Assembly: GCA_027339965.1 (NCBI GenBank)
Contig: DAHWNL010000070.1
Location: 1-64,000 of the forward strand
Direction: 5' to 3'
Source of the DNA: Granulicella sp.
Lineage (GTDB): Bacteria > Acidobacteriota > Terriglobia > Terriglobales > Acidobacteriaceae
DNA length: 64,000 nt
In this document: piece after piece, positions 1 through 9,634 of the stretch
Position numbering within the stretch: the first letter of the stretch is position 1
How the letters are laid out: each line of letters opens with the position of its first letter
Made by a program: the position numbers and the translations under genes
The notes under the pieces: generated by a model
Told to the model about the DNA's origin: nothing
Database searches by the model: none
Seen by the model: the letters and a program-made list of their open reading frames with translations, nothing else

Positions 1-99
1 GATCTTCAGCCGGTGAACTTGCTGTCGGCAGGACGGTGACTACCGGTCGCTGAAGCTCTATTCGGGGCTCTCTTGGGAGAAAGGGTCTCAGGATAGAGA

Positions 100-133
100 G
101 ATTGCCGCTCGAGGTCCCTCTCGAGCGGCAATC
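100..133. terminator. Perfect 14-bp hairpin, likely terminator downstream of the Crp/Fnr gene and/or of a gene ending near the window start
   Basis: GATTGCCGCTCGAG (100-113), 6-nt loop, CTCGAGCGGCAATC (120-133). Confidence 0.6.
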
Positions 134-358
134 GAATTTAACAGAAGCCACCGGCCTCGGGGCGCCATCCAGGGCTCCCCGAAGCAGGATTGGGAGGGAG
201 CGGAATTGATCGCTCTTGTGACGGAGAGCAGGCATCAGCTTTCGAACTCGTCGATTCAGAGCGCAAGGTAGCACGCCTCGCAGAGGCTGTTGGCAGAGCC
301 TGAGCTCGTGGGCAATCCTCTGCCTGTGAATGGTTGGGCGGCGCTCGCCGTCCAGGCT

Positions 359-1111
359 TCAGGAAGATGTGCGAGACGGCGCGGGATGCGGTCTCTCACA
401 GTAGAGGCCCTCGAGACGATCCGGGTCAACCAGCGTAATGAAACGGTGGTTGAGGCGGATCAGGCCTTCGCGGCGAAATTGAGCAATCAGACGGCAGACG
501 GTTTCGCGGGAAAGGCCCGACATGCTGCCGAGCTCTTCGTGGGTGACGTGGGCTGGGAAGCTCACGGGCAGATGATCGCGGGAGCGTGTGTCGCCAGGCT
601 GGTGCGCCTGGGTCCAATCCAGCAGGGCGCAGGCCAGCTTGCCAGCGGCGGACGTGGATAAGGCGAGGCGACGGGCTGCGAGGACAGCGCAACTGAAGTC
701 GCGCGCCAGCGCCTGCATGGATAATTGGCTGACCTGAGAGTCAGAGTCCATGATGCTGAGGAACTCCTCGCGAGGGATGGACATGACGGTGCAGGGGCCA
801 AGGGCCTGCGCCGTTACGGAGTAGACCGAGCTCCCAAGCACCGCTTCCAGGCCGAGAATTTCCAGGGAGTTGGCGGTGCGGAGGATGAGCAGACGTCCTT
901 CCGAAGAAGAGGTGAGCTGTTTGGCCTGGCCGGTACAGAGAAGAAAAACGTGATCGGCGGGATACCCCTCCTGCAGAATGATATCGTTGGCCGCGAGGGA
1001 GATGCACTCACCCAGGGTGCGCAAGCGGCGCAGGGCCTGCGGAGAAAACGGGCACAGAGCCTGCGGACGGAGGGTGCAGTTGGCGGTGTTGACGCAGGTA
1101 CGCCGGAGAAT
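359..1111 (-). CDS. Crp/Fnr family transcriptional regulator (probable ATT start)
   Basis: cNMP-binding-like domain (IILQEGYPADHVFLLCTG...ILGLEAVL) and C-terminal HTH THEELGSMSGLSRETVCR; N-terminal Cys residues. TAAGGAGGT at 1125-1117 precedes in-frame ATT at 1111; the ORF-track extension to 1486 does not look like protein. Confidence 0.85.
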   Translation of the reverse strand: MLRRTCVNTANCTLRPQALCPFSPQALRRLRTLGECISLAANDIILQEGYPADHVFLLCTGQAKQLTSSSEGRLLILRTANSLEILGLEAVLGSSVYSVTAQALGPCTVMSIPREEFLSIMDSDSQVSQLSMQALARDFSCAVLAARRLALSTSAAGKLACALLDWTQAHQPGDTRSRDHLPVSFPAHVTHEELGSMSGLSRETVCRLIAQFRREGLIRLNHRFITLVDPDRLEGLYCERPHPAPSRTSS

Positions 1112-1627
1112 GGCAGACCTCCTTACCCATTTCGGGGACAGCCGGGAACAGCTACGTGCTGAAAGTACAGCCGAATTCCAGGTGGTACGGAGAATCGCTA
1201 GCCAGTGATGCGTAAAAGAATGGCACAGAATCGGCGGCTTAAGCAACCGTCGCCCCTTTTCCAATGCAAGATAAGCCTGACGGGGAGAACTCTCCTTCCA
1301 GCCGCAGTTCGAACGGATTGGAGCTATCGTGCGTCTTGGCCTCCGGCAATGCGAAGGGCCGCCGGCTTTGGGAAGCTTTCCAGCAGAAGCCGGGCGGTAA
1401 AGACCTTGGTCGCGAGCCTGAGCATGCGCACGCCGTGAGTTAAGCGCGGGGTCCGGCAGGTAAAGAGACTGGGTATGGAATATCATTCGATACTAGGGGT
1501 CGCATCGTTTCATGCTCCAGAGTTCTGCTGAATCGTCCACAATAGCTTTGGCCGGGGAATCGCCGTTGATTCTGCTTGCTGCAGGGAGAGAAACGGCAGC
1601 GAGCGCGGCCAGAGGAGAGTTCTTCGG

Positions 1628-1795
1628 ATGGGTTTGACGATTCTGCTGGTGGGAGCTGTCTTTGCATCTCTTGCACTCGGAGTGCTTTTGGCATATGGAA
1701 TCTGCCTGGCAATCTTCCGAGCTTTTGATGTTCATGTTCAGTCCACATCGCGGCGTGAACTGGCGGCGGCCGTCAGTGTCAACGCTAACCGTTAG
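1628..1795 (+). CDS. Small single-pass membrane protein, 55 aa (not in ORF track)
   Basis: AGAGGAGAG upstream of ATG 1628; MGLTILLVGAVFASLALGVLLAYGICLAIFRAFDVHVQSTSRRELAAAVSVNANR*, long hydrophobic N-terminal helix. Confidence 0.65.
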   Translation: MGLTILLVGAVFASLALGVLLAYGICLAIFRAFDVHVQSTSRRELAAAVSVNANR

Positions 1796-1907
1796 TGCAT
1801 TTTCGTCGCGGATGGAGGGGGCGCCGAGGCTTCGACGGGCGTTTTCCCCCAATGAAAACGCCCCTGCCAGCCTGATCTGGATCCCCAGCAACACGAAAAG
1901 TGCTGCA
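1793..1907 (+). mobile_element. MITE-like 115-bp element, degenerate copy 1
   Basis: Aligns by eye to the reverse complement of 60314-60428; shared internal hairpin GGGCGTTTTC-CCCCAAT-GAAAACGCCC; begins at the TAG stop of the 55-aa gene. Confidence 0.6.
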
Positions 1908-2099
1908 GAAGTTGGTTCAAAGCGACGACGGGGCAAGGAGCGTGGTCTCACGAGTTCCAAGGCTGTCTTCGCCAGCGCCTAGATGATCTTCCTCTGAGCA
2001 CTGCATTGCAGGTGCAGGGGCCAAGCTCTCCGGCCGGGGCGGCCGGTCGAACCTGGCTAAGGATTCCGCACACCGGGAGCGTGATGCGTCTCCTATGGC

Positions 2100-3104
2100 T
2101 TAGGGCTGAGGAGATGCGCTGCCGAGCGGCTGGCTTGGAGGAACGGTTGGCGTCTTGCTTGTGGCCGCCGCCTTAGCCGCTTGAGACTGCTCCTGCCGTA
2201 CCTTGGTGTCCAGTTCTTTCAACTTTGCTTTTTGTTGAGCAGCCCGCGCCTGCTGCATCTGCAGAAGCTCTTGCTCTACCATCTCAGGAGTCAAAACCCG
2301 GGTGGGCGCAGCGCCGGCTCCAGCCGTGGTTGCAGGCTGTGGCTGGGACTTCGAGGCCAGCGCCGGGGCATTCTTCAGCGGTGTGGCGGAGGCGCTCTTC
2401 GGAGTTGCGCCGGGTCCTGCGGTGGGCATGGCGCGAGACAGGAAGGAGGGTACGGGGGGCTTCGCAATGCCACCGCCGAGCGAGTTGGCGGTGGCCGGGG
2501 AACCCGAGCCCGGCTTCGCTGGTGGAGGCACCGGCGACTCTGAATCCTTGCTCTCATCGTACATGGCATAGGCCGAAGAGGTCGGGCTGGGTAGTTCGGG
2601 CCCTCCGTTGTCGGGAGTCAAAATGAGCTGAGGCGGATGGTGGGCGTCGCCTGCCAGGATCATGACATTCGCTCCCGCGCCGTCCAGCAGGGTGCTCAGT
2701 ACATTGGAGATGGAGGCCGGACCGTAGTCCCCGAAGACCCGCTGTTCCTGAACTCCCCCCGTGATCTGGAGACCGGTCTGCTGGGAGATAGTGCGCAGAA
2801 TCTGGTTGAGGCTGGAGTTTTGAGCCCTCACTTCGAGCTGGCCGTTGGCATAGAGAACCTGGGCCCGATGCGGCAGTTGAGCGGCGGAGCCGGTAGCCGG
2901 AGCGGAGCTGGCTGGGGGGGGCGGGATGAGGCCGGCGGTTGGTGGGTTCGCCGGCAAAGCTTGCGCGTGTATGGGGACCGATCCCGCGGTCCAGGCCAGC
3001 ATCGGCACGAGCCAGCCGGCGATCACAGGAGCCAAAAGACGATGAGAACGGATTTGCACCACCCTTCTTTTGGGACGCCGCCGTCGATGGGAAGTTAGCT
3101 TCAC
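2100..3104 (-). CDS. Exported Pro/Ala-rich protein with a secretin-N0/STN-like domain
   Basis: Basic N-terminus plus signal peptide ending ...IHAQA; SSLNQILRTISQQTGLQITG...SISNVLSTLLDG; Pro-rich linker and Q/K-rich coiled coil. Confidence 0.6.
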   Translation of the reverse strand: MKLTSHRRRRPKRRVVQIRSHRLLAPVIAGWLVPMLAWTAGSVPIHAQALPANPPTAGLIPPPPASSAPATGSAAQLPHRAQVLYANGQLEVRAQNSSLNQILRTISQQTGLQITGGVQEQRVFGDYGPASISNVLSTLLDGAGANVMILAGDAHHPPQLILTPDNGGPELPSPTSSAYAMYDESKDSESPVPPPAKPGSGSPATANSLGGGIAKPPVPSFLSRAMPTAGPGATPKSASATPLKNAPALASKSQPQPATTAGAGAAPTRVLTPEMVEQELLQMQQARAAQQKAKLKELDTKVRQEQSQAAKAAATSKTPTVPPSQPLGSASPQP

Positions 3105-3388
3105 AGCATCAGGATAGCCTCAAACTCACACTTATGATCGTTTCCGCGGGGATAAGCGGCAGACCGGCTCCGGCTCCGGCCCCGGCGTCTCCCCCTGTGG
3201 AGACCCCTTCACTCCCTGGGCCCTGGCCCGGCCCCTGGTGTTACCCGGCAGGATAGGGTGATTGGGGCTTCATCGCGCGATGGACTTGCTTGCCCGGTCT
3301 TCGTAAGCTGGACAGGACTGGTGTTAGGGTGTTCGCATAGGTTGTTGCAAGGCTTCCAAGCAGAAGGTTTCCATACAGGGGTGAGCCA

Positions 3389-4474
3389 GTGAGCGAAGGG
3401 AAGAGAGTCTGCCGTCTAGAGGCCGGAATGCTGTCGGGCGCGTTCCTATTGGCGGCGATGACAGCGTGTCCAAGCGGCTTCCATGCCCAGACATGTACGA
3501 CTCAGGCCAAGATGACCCCGCAGCTCCGTAGCAGCCTGAGTGGGGCGGCCAGCGGATTTGCAGAGGCGGTGCAGAGGGACGATGTTGCCCAGGTGCAGGC
3601 GAAGACGATCGCTGAGTTTGCCAGCGGCCCGGCCTTCGCTCCAACGGCCAACCTGGTGCGGGAGACCTCTTCCAGACTGCAAGGGGAAGCTCTGGAGGTG
3701 ACGCAGATCTACGAACTCGACTCCAATCTGGCAGCCTCCAAGTCAGCCACCGTCACCAACTTCAATTGCCCACTGGCGGCAACCACCTCGGAGGTGGACT
3801 TTTCGATTCCAGACCTGCCCCCGGGGATCTATGGATTTGCCATGGTGGAGGCCAGAGGGGATCGTCCCTGGCTGCTTTCCTTCCTATTTCAGCAGGATAG
3901 CGGGCAGTGGGATCTGGCTGGCTTTTATCCTCGAGCACGGCTTGCGGATGGCCACGATGGGCTGTGGTACTGGCGGTCCGCGCGCAAATATGCCAACGCG
4001 GATGAGCTTTGGTTGGCATGGCTCTTCTATGGGGAGGCTGATACCCTGTTGCGGCCGGCGAACTTTGTCACCAGCACCGACCTGGACCGTCTGCGTTCGG
4101 AGCGGTGGTCAGCCGCGCCACCGGATCTGATTGGCGGGGTCAGCCCGGATCATCCCCTGGTGTTGAAGGACAGTGGGGCCCAGGGAGTATCTGCAACCTA
4201 TCGCTTCTCCGGTCTTTCGGCGGAGGGCTCCGAGGACGGGAAACATTTGAATCTGATCCTCCATTTGATTGGTGATGGCACGGCCTCGGGAGCTGGGGCG
4301 GAGGCGCGTAGCAGGGCGGCTGCGCGGGCGATGATTGACGCGCATATGGAGCTCCGCCAGGCGTTTTACAGCGTCTGGGTTTTTACCATGCCACCAGGGT
4401 CGGGTGGCGCAGCAGCTGGCGTGCCAGGCTCCCAGCCACTGGTCACCGAGGAGATTGTGTCGAATCTTCCTTAG
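3389..4474 (+). CDS. Hypothetical exported protein
   Basis: 361-aa ORF with signal-peptide-like N-terminus (AFLLAAMTACPSGFHAQ) and protein-like composition. Confidence 0.6.
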   Translation: MSEGKRVCRLEAGMLSGAFLLAAMTACPSGFHAQTCTTQAKMTPQLRSSLSGAASGFAEAVQRDDVAQVQAKTIAEFASGPAFAPTANLVRETSSRLQGEALEVTQIYELDSNLAASKSATVTNFNCPLAATTSEVDFSIPDLPPGIYGFAMVEARGDRPWLLSFLFQQDSGQWDLAGFYPRARLADGHDGLWYWRSARKYANADELWLAWLFYGEADTLLRPANFVTSTDLDRLRSERWSAAPPDLIGGVSPDHPLVLKDSGAQGVSATYRFSGLSAEGSEDGKHLNLILHLIGDGTASGAGAEARSRAAARAMIDAHMELRQAFYSVWVFTMPPGSGGAAAGVPGSQPLVTEEIVSNLP

Positions 4475-4651
4475 ATTCATCGTCGATTCCAAGGCAGGGT
4501 TGACGGTTCGCCACAGAAGTGGGGTATGGTTATTCCCAGAGCTTAAGCAGATCCAGGGGTCCAATTTTGCGACGCGGTGGCGCTTCCAGGCTGCGCTCCA
4601 ACCCCTGAATTCAGTCTCTTCATCGGGAAGAGAGCGGCGGAGACAAGTTTT

Positions 4652-5299
4652 ATGGCAAGCTTCCATAAGCCTTTGGTGCAGGCTATCCGCGAACGGAGGT
4701 CGACGCCGAGTTTTGCGGCAGAGCCAATCCCGCCCAGAGACCTATGGCAGATCATCGATGCCGGTCTGAAGGCGCCCAGTGGATATAACCTTCAGCCATG
4801 GCGCTTTGTTGTGGTTCAGAACGCGGAGCAGCGCAAGCGGCTGCGCGCGGCCAGCTACAACCAGGCCAAGGTGGAGGAGGCTTCCGCCGTGATCGTTTGC
4901 TGTGGGGATCGCGATGGCTGGCGAAGAGACCTGGAGGAGATGATTCGTATGGGGAGCGCGGCCGGCATGCCGGAGATCTACGCCGCGCAGGCCGCCACCA
5001 ATGTACCCGAGTATCTTTCCAGCTTTTCCCCGGAAGAGATGGCGGGTTGGCTGAATAAACAGGTATCCATCGCCGCGACCACCATGATGTGGATGGCTGA
5101 GGTCCTGGGCTACGACACGGCCATGATGGAGGGCTTTGAGCAACAGAGGGTCTGTGAGACGCTGCGTCTGCCCATGAGCTATTGGGTGGTTTCCCTGTTA
5201 GCGATCGGTCATCTCAAGGGAGCGGACAAGTTCAACGGAGGACGCTTCGATCCAGCGCACACTGTGTTCAGTGAAGAGTACGGAAGACCGTTCCGATAA
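4652..5299 (+). CDS. Nitroreductase family protein
   Basis: IRERRSTPSF, APSGYNLQPWRFVVV, LGYDTAMMEGF motifs; GGAG upstream of ATG 4652. Confidence 0.92.
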   Translation: MASFHKPLVQAIRERRSTPSFAAEPIPPRDLWQIIDAGLKAPSGYNLQPWRFVVVQNAEQRKRLRAASYNQAKVEEASAVIVCCGDRDGWRRDLEEMIRMGSAAGMPEIYAAQAATNVPEYLSSFSPEEMAGWLNKQVSIAATTMMWMAEVLGYDTAMMEGFEQQRVCETLRLPMSYWVVSLLAIGHLKGADKFNGGRFDPAHTVFSEEYGRPFR

Positions 5300-5303
5300 T
5301 CTC

Positions 5304-5816
5304 ATGAGCTCTTCATCGATATCCGGTGCGAGCAGCAGCGCAGTTCGAACTCGTGCGTATCCTGATCGGCCCATCGCCGGGGTCGGATCGGTCGTGCTGC
5401 GCAGGGTGGAGGGGTGCCGCGAGGTCCTGCTGGTGCGGCGTGGCGGCGAGCCGATGGCCGGCTCCTGGAGCCTCCCCGGTGGAGCGATCGAGCTGGGTGA
5501 AACTGCCCGCGAGGGTTGTATTCGGGAGACGCTGGAGGAGACCGGGCTCAGGGTAGAGCCGATCGCCGCCGTGGAGACCTTTGACATCATCCACCACGAC
5601 CCCGAGGGTCGGGTACAGTATCACTATCTGATCATCGACTTTCTTTGCCGCCTCCGTTGCGAAGAATCTGAAGCGGTACCGCGGCCGGGCAGCGACGCTA
5701 GCGGGGCAGTGTGGGCCGATGTGCATCGAGTCCTGGAAGACGGGGACTTCGCATTGTCGGCGCGCGCCTGTACAGTGATACGCAGAGCTTTAGACTTGGA
5801 TGAGGACCGCGCATGA
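5304..5816 (+). CDS. NUDIX hydrolase
   Basis: Nudix box GGAIELGETAREGCIRETLEETGL. Confidence 0.92.
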   Translation: MSSSSISGASSSAVRTRAYPDRPIAGVGSVVLRRVEGCREVLLVRRGGEPMAGSWSLPGGAIELGETAREGCIRETLEETGLRVEPIAAVETFDIIHHDPEGRVQYHYLIIDFLCRLRCEESEAVPRPGSDASGAVWADVHRVLEDGDFALSARACTVIRRALDLDEDRA

Positions 5817-6775
5817 AAACGCTAAGGCGAGTGCTGGTGCTTTTGGTTCTGGTGGCTTTGATGCTTGCGGCAGCGTTCTATCAGCGCCCGTTATGGATCA
5901 TGCGGCAGGGAGTTCATTTCGGAATGTTTCTGCATCGGGTGCAAAGCAACTATGTCATGTTGCCCGAAGGCCGCGTTCACTACTATGAGGCTGAGTCGCG
6001 TATCCCGGGGGGAGGCATCCCGTTGGTGCTCGTCCATGGGCTGGGCGACGAGGATGAGAGCTGGGCCCCGATGTTGGTGCGCCTGAAGCGTGCCGGTTTC
6101 CACGTCTATGCCCCGGATCTGCTCGGCTACGGCCGCTCGCCCAAGCCCGGCGACAGCGACTATTCCATCGTCACCGAGGAGCAGTTCGTGGCTGACTTCA
6201 TTCAGGCGATCGGTCTGCAGCGGCCCGACGTTGGCGGCTGGTCCATGGGCGGATGGATCGTCTTGAAACTGGCGCTGGATCATCCCGAAATCGTCAATCG
6301 GGTGGTAGTGTATGACAGCGCCGGAATCAACTTCCAGCCAGGCGGGGGAGACCAGATCTTCCATCCCACCGACGCAGCGCAGATGCAGCATCTGGCTGAC
6401 GTGATGGAGCCGGAGGCCAAGCCGCTGCCGGGATTCGTTCAGCGGGCGGCGTTGCGCCGATTTCAACAAGAGCAGTGGGTGATTGACCGCAGTCTGGCTT
6501 CGATGAAGACAGGAAAAGATCTGCTGGACACGCGGCTAGGTGACCTAACAGAGCCTCTGCTGATCGTTTGGGGAGGGGTGGATCATCTGATTCCGCTATC
6601 GGCGGGTGAACGAATGCACGCTTTGGATCCGAGCTCTGAGCTGGATATTCTTACCGGCTGCGGTCACCTGACGCCAAAGACCTGCCCGGATCGGGCGGCT
6701 GCGGTCACTGTGGACTTTTTCAAGGAGAATCCGGCTCCGGTGGGCGGAACCTACGTTCTGAACAAGTTGCATTGA
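5813..6775 (+). CDS. Alpha/beta fold hydrolase with N-terminal membrane anchor
   Basis: LVHGLG, DLLGYGRS, nucleophile elbow GWSMGG, C-terminal GCGHL; ATGA overlap with the NUDIX gene. Confidence 0.9.
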   Translation: MKTLRRVLVLLVLVALMLAAAFYQRPLWIMRQGVHFGMFLHRVQSNYVMLPEGRVHYYEAESRIPGGGIPLVLVHGLGDEDESWAPMLVRLKRAGFHVYAPDLLGYGRSPKPGDSDYSIVTEEQFVADFIQAIGLQRPDVGGWSMGGWIVLKLALDHPEIVNRVVVYDSAGINFQPGGGDQIFHPTDAAQMQHLADVMEPEAKPLPGFVQRAALRRFQQEQWVIDRSLASMKTGKDLLDTRLGDLTEPLLIVWGGVDHLIPLSAGERMHALDPSSELDILTGCGHLTPKTCPDRAAAVTVDFFKENPAPVGGTYVLNKLH

Positions 6776-6824
6776 ACATTCGGTGTGAAGGCAGACCCCC
6801 GCGCGGGACGGTCAAGGATTCCGT

Positions 6825-7499
6825 CTACTTCGTGTCCTTGGCCAGCGCCGCCGTTCCCCATTGGTACGCTCCCGGCTGGGGCAGGCCGATGTGCTGAAGA
6901 ATGCGATGAACGTAGTTTCGCGTGATATCGGCTACCGTCCGAGGGTGGTTATAGAACGAAGGAATGACGGGGAAGATCGTGGCTCCAGCCTGGGCTGCGG
7001 TCAGCATATTGTTCAGGTGGATCAGGCTGAGCGGCGTCTCACGCACGCAGAGCACCAGGCGGCGGCGCTCTTTCAAACAGACATCGGCCGCGCGTTCGAT
7101 CAGGTTGCCGGCCATGCCGTGGCAGATGCCGGCCAGAGTTCCCATGGAGCAAGGCAGCACCAGCATCGCATCCACCGGGCAGGAGCCGGAGGCGATGGAA
7201 GCTCCGATATCCTCGTGCGCCAAAAGCGAGATCTTGGCCGAACGCGCGCCGACGAGTTGCTCGACGAGCTCGTGGCGACCGCTGGCTCCTGTCTCTTCCG
7301 CCAGAACGCGCAGCGCGCTGGGCGAGACAACCAGATGAATGCGGCCGACGCGCGGATCCGCTTCCAGGCTGCGCAACATCTCCACAGCTAGAATCGAGCC
7401 GCTGGCGCCGGTCACCGCCAGGACGATCGTCCGATGGGGTTCACCGGATTCGTCGGCGTTGGGCTCCTTGACGCTGTGGAAAGAGTGTCTGCGGTTCAT
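6825..7499 (-). CDS. ubiX: Flavin prenyltransferase UbiX
   Basis: LAVTGASGS, PCSMGTLAGI, RAADVCLKERRRLVLCVRETP, PSFYNHP. Confidence 0.93.
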   Translation of the reverse strand: MNRRHSFHSVKEPNADESGEPHRTIVLAVTGASGSILAVEMLRSLEADPRVGRIHLVVSPSALRVLAEETGASGRHELVEQLVGARSAKISLLAHEDIGASIASGSCPVDAMLVLPCSMGTLAGICHGMAGNLIERAADVCLKERRRLVLCVRETPLSLIHLNNMLTAAQAGATIFPVIPSFYNHPRTVADITRNYVHRILQHIGLPQPGAYQWGTAALAKDTK

Positions 7500-7505
7500 C
7501 GTCCT

Positions 7506-8225
7506 CTATTTTCGCGCAGAAATCCCGCGCGCGGTGCGCTGCAATGAAAATCTGCTGCCTGGAACAGGTTGCCGCACCAGGTCAGGGCTGCATCCTCCAG
7601 CGCGTTCGGAGAGGTCAGGATCCAGCTTGCCTTGCGGCTCGCCGGCGAGAGCAAAGGCGATCATCGTGGCGCCGTGCCGGCCAGAACGTTCCTCGGAGGC
7701 CGCGATCAGGGTCTCTTCCTGGCCGCGCCAGCTCTGGTCCATCTCGCAGCGCGCGACCTTCTCCGAGGAGGCATTGACGAAGCATAGCTCGCACACGGTC
7801 AAATGGCCGTCCACATCTCTCACCGGGGGGCCAAAGGTTCGGCACGCTATCGGACGGGCACCGTACAGATCGCAGGTCTGCGTGGCCGGATCAAGCAGGG
7901 GACAGGGCTCGTCGTTGGCAAACTCCACAAAGGCTTGCTCGTGCTCTAGCTGCGTAAAGAGCAGCCCGCGGTCTGGGTCGCCGGGGAAGGTGGAGCGAAG
8001 CCTCTCCCGGGAGAGATGGGCGCGCTGCAGAATCCGCTCTGCTACTGCGGACGGTGCATGGGCTAGTCCGGATCGGAGCACCTCGGCGTCGAACTGGGTG
8101 ATGGCGAAGGCGCCGACGCAGCACTGCGCGCAGCCGGGCCTGCATGCCAGAGACGGTCCAGAGCGCTCCGCAGCGGAACGGAGCGCAGCATCGACCACAG
8201 GAAGAATTGGGAACAGCTCCGTCAT
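7506..8225 (-). CDS. YkgJ-family (CxxxCxxCC) cysteine-cluster protein
   Basis: CRPGCAQCC, CPLLD...CDLYGARPIACRTFG, CELC; GGAGG upstream of ATG 8225. Confidence 0.85.
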   Translation of the reverse strand: MTELFPILPVVDAALRSAAERSGPSLACRPGCAQCCVGAFAITQFDAEVLRSGLAHAPSAVAERILQRAHLSRERLRSTFPGDPDRGLLFTQLEHEQAFVEFANDEPCPLLDPATQTCDLYGARPIACRTFGPPVRDVDGHLTVCELCFVNASSEKVARCEMDQSWRGQEETLIAASEERSGRHGATMIAFALAGEPQGKLDPDLSERAGGCSPDLVRQPVPGSRFSLQRTARGISARK

Positions 8226-8335
8226 CAAGCCCTCCTGTCCTCCAAGCGCGCCAAGGAGCGGCGCGCATCTGCCAGGAGCGGTCAGCAGAGGCAAGCCGAG
8301 GTTCCTCGTGGAATCGTCTGAAGCCTCCGCCCCGC

Positions 8336-9634
8336 TCAGCCCTCCGCGAGGACCCGGGCGAAGATGGCGTCAATGTTCTGAAGCTGACGCCGCACGTCGA
8401 AAGCGGCAGCGATCTTCTGCGCGGAGAGCCGCGACTGGATCTCCGCATCCGCTTCAATGAGAGCGCGGAAGCTGAGATCGTTGGTCCAGGCGTTCATGGC
8501 GTGCCCCTGGACGAGGCGGTAGGCATCCTCCCGGCTCATGCCGGCCGCGGCAAGGTCAATGAGCAACTGGCCGCTGAAGACCAGGCCGTTGGTGGACTCG
8601 AGGTTCCGGAGCATGCGCTCCGGATAGACCAGAAGTCGCTCGATCAGCGTGGCGGTGCGGTCCAGCAGGTAATCGGCAAGCGTGGTGGTGTCGGGAAGGA
8701 TGACGCGTTCGGCGGAGGAGTGGGAGATGTCCCGCTCGTGCCATAGGGCAACGTCCTCCAGCGCCACCTGGGCGTTGCCGCGCATCACCCGAGCCAGGCC
8801 GCAGATGTTCTCGCAGGTGATCGGGTTGCGCTTGTGGGGCATGGCGCTGGAGCCCTTCTGGCCGGGCGAAAAGAACTCTTCCGCTTCGCGAACCTCGGTG
8901 CGCTGCAGGTGCCGGATCTCCAGCGCGATCTTGTCGAGGGTGGAGGCCAGAACGGCCAGCGTGGCGATGTAGGCCGCATGCCGATCCCGCTGCAGGATCT
9001 GGGTGGAGATCAGGGCGGGCTGGAGCCCCAGTTCCGCCAGGATGGCGGCCTCGTGCTCCGGGTTGAGCTTTCCGAACGCTCCCACCGCGCCGGAGATCTT
9101 GCCCACGCGCAGATCCTCGGCGGCGGCGTCAAAGCGCTTCAGGTTGCGCCCGATTTCGGCGTACCAGAGCAACAGCTTCATGCCGAAGGTGGTGGGCTCG
9201 GCGTGGACGCCGTGGGTGCGACCGATGGTGGGGGTGTGCTGGAACTCCACGGCGCGCCGGCGCAGAACCTGGCGCAGACGGAGGATTCCCTCCCGAATGA
9301 GCGCCGAGGCCTCTCTCAGCGCCAGAGCCTGCGCGGTGTCCACCACGTCGGTGGAGGTGAGGCCGTAGTGCAGCCAGCGGGCCTCGTCCCCTACGGACTC
9401 AGCGACGGCCGTGGTGAAGGCCAGCACATCGTGGCGCGTCTCCGCTTCAATCTCATGGATGCGATCCACGGTGAAGGAGGCGCGCTGCTGGAGCGCGGTG
9501 ACAGCGGAGGATGGAACCACGCCGGCCCGGGCCAGGGCCGTGGTGGCCGCAATCTCTACTCGGAGCCAGTTCTCATACTTGCGTTGTTCAGACCAGATGG
9601 CGGCCATCGCCGGCCGGGTATAGCGAGCAATCAT
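8336..9634 (-). CDS. purB: Adenylosuccinate lyase
   Basis: MIARY start, RHDV, HYGLTSTDVVDT, GRTHGVHAEPTT, SSAMPHKRNP signature. Confidence 0.97.
   Translation of the reverse strand: MIARYTRPAMAAIWSEQRKYENWLRVEIAATTALARAGVVPSSAVTALQQRASFTVDRIHEIEAETRHDVLAFTTAVAESVGDEARWLHYGLTSTDVVDTAQALALREASALIREGILRLRQVLRRRAVEFQHTPTIGRTHGVHAEPTTFGMKLLLWYAEIGRNLKRFDAAAEDLRVGKISGAVGAFGKLNPEHEAAILAELGLQPALISTQILQRDRHAAYIATLAVLASTLDKIALEIRHLQRTEVREAEEFFSPGQKGSSAMPHKRNPITCENICGLARVMRGNAQVALEDVALWHERDISHSSAERVILPDTTTLADYLLDRTATLIERLLVYPERMLRNLESTNGLVFSGQLLIDLAAAGMSREDAYRLVQGHAMNAWTNDLSFRALIEADAEIQSRLSAQKIAAAFDVRRQLQNIDAIFARVLAEG

Noticed and set aside
1..53. Possible 3' end of a plus-strand gene entering the window
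   Set aside because: Too short to identify or to fix the frame
1112..1486. 125-aa N-terminal extension of the Crp/Fnr ORF
   Set aside because: Non-protein-like composition; perfect SD lies at 1117-1125
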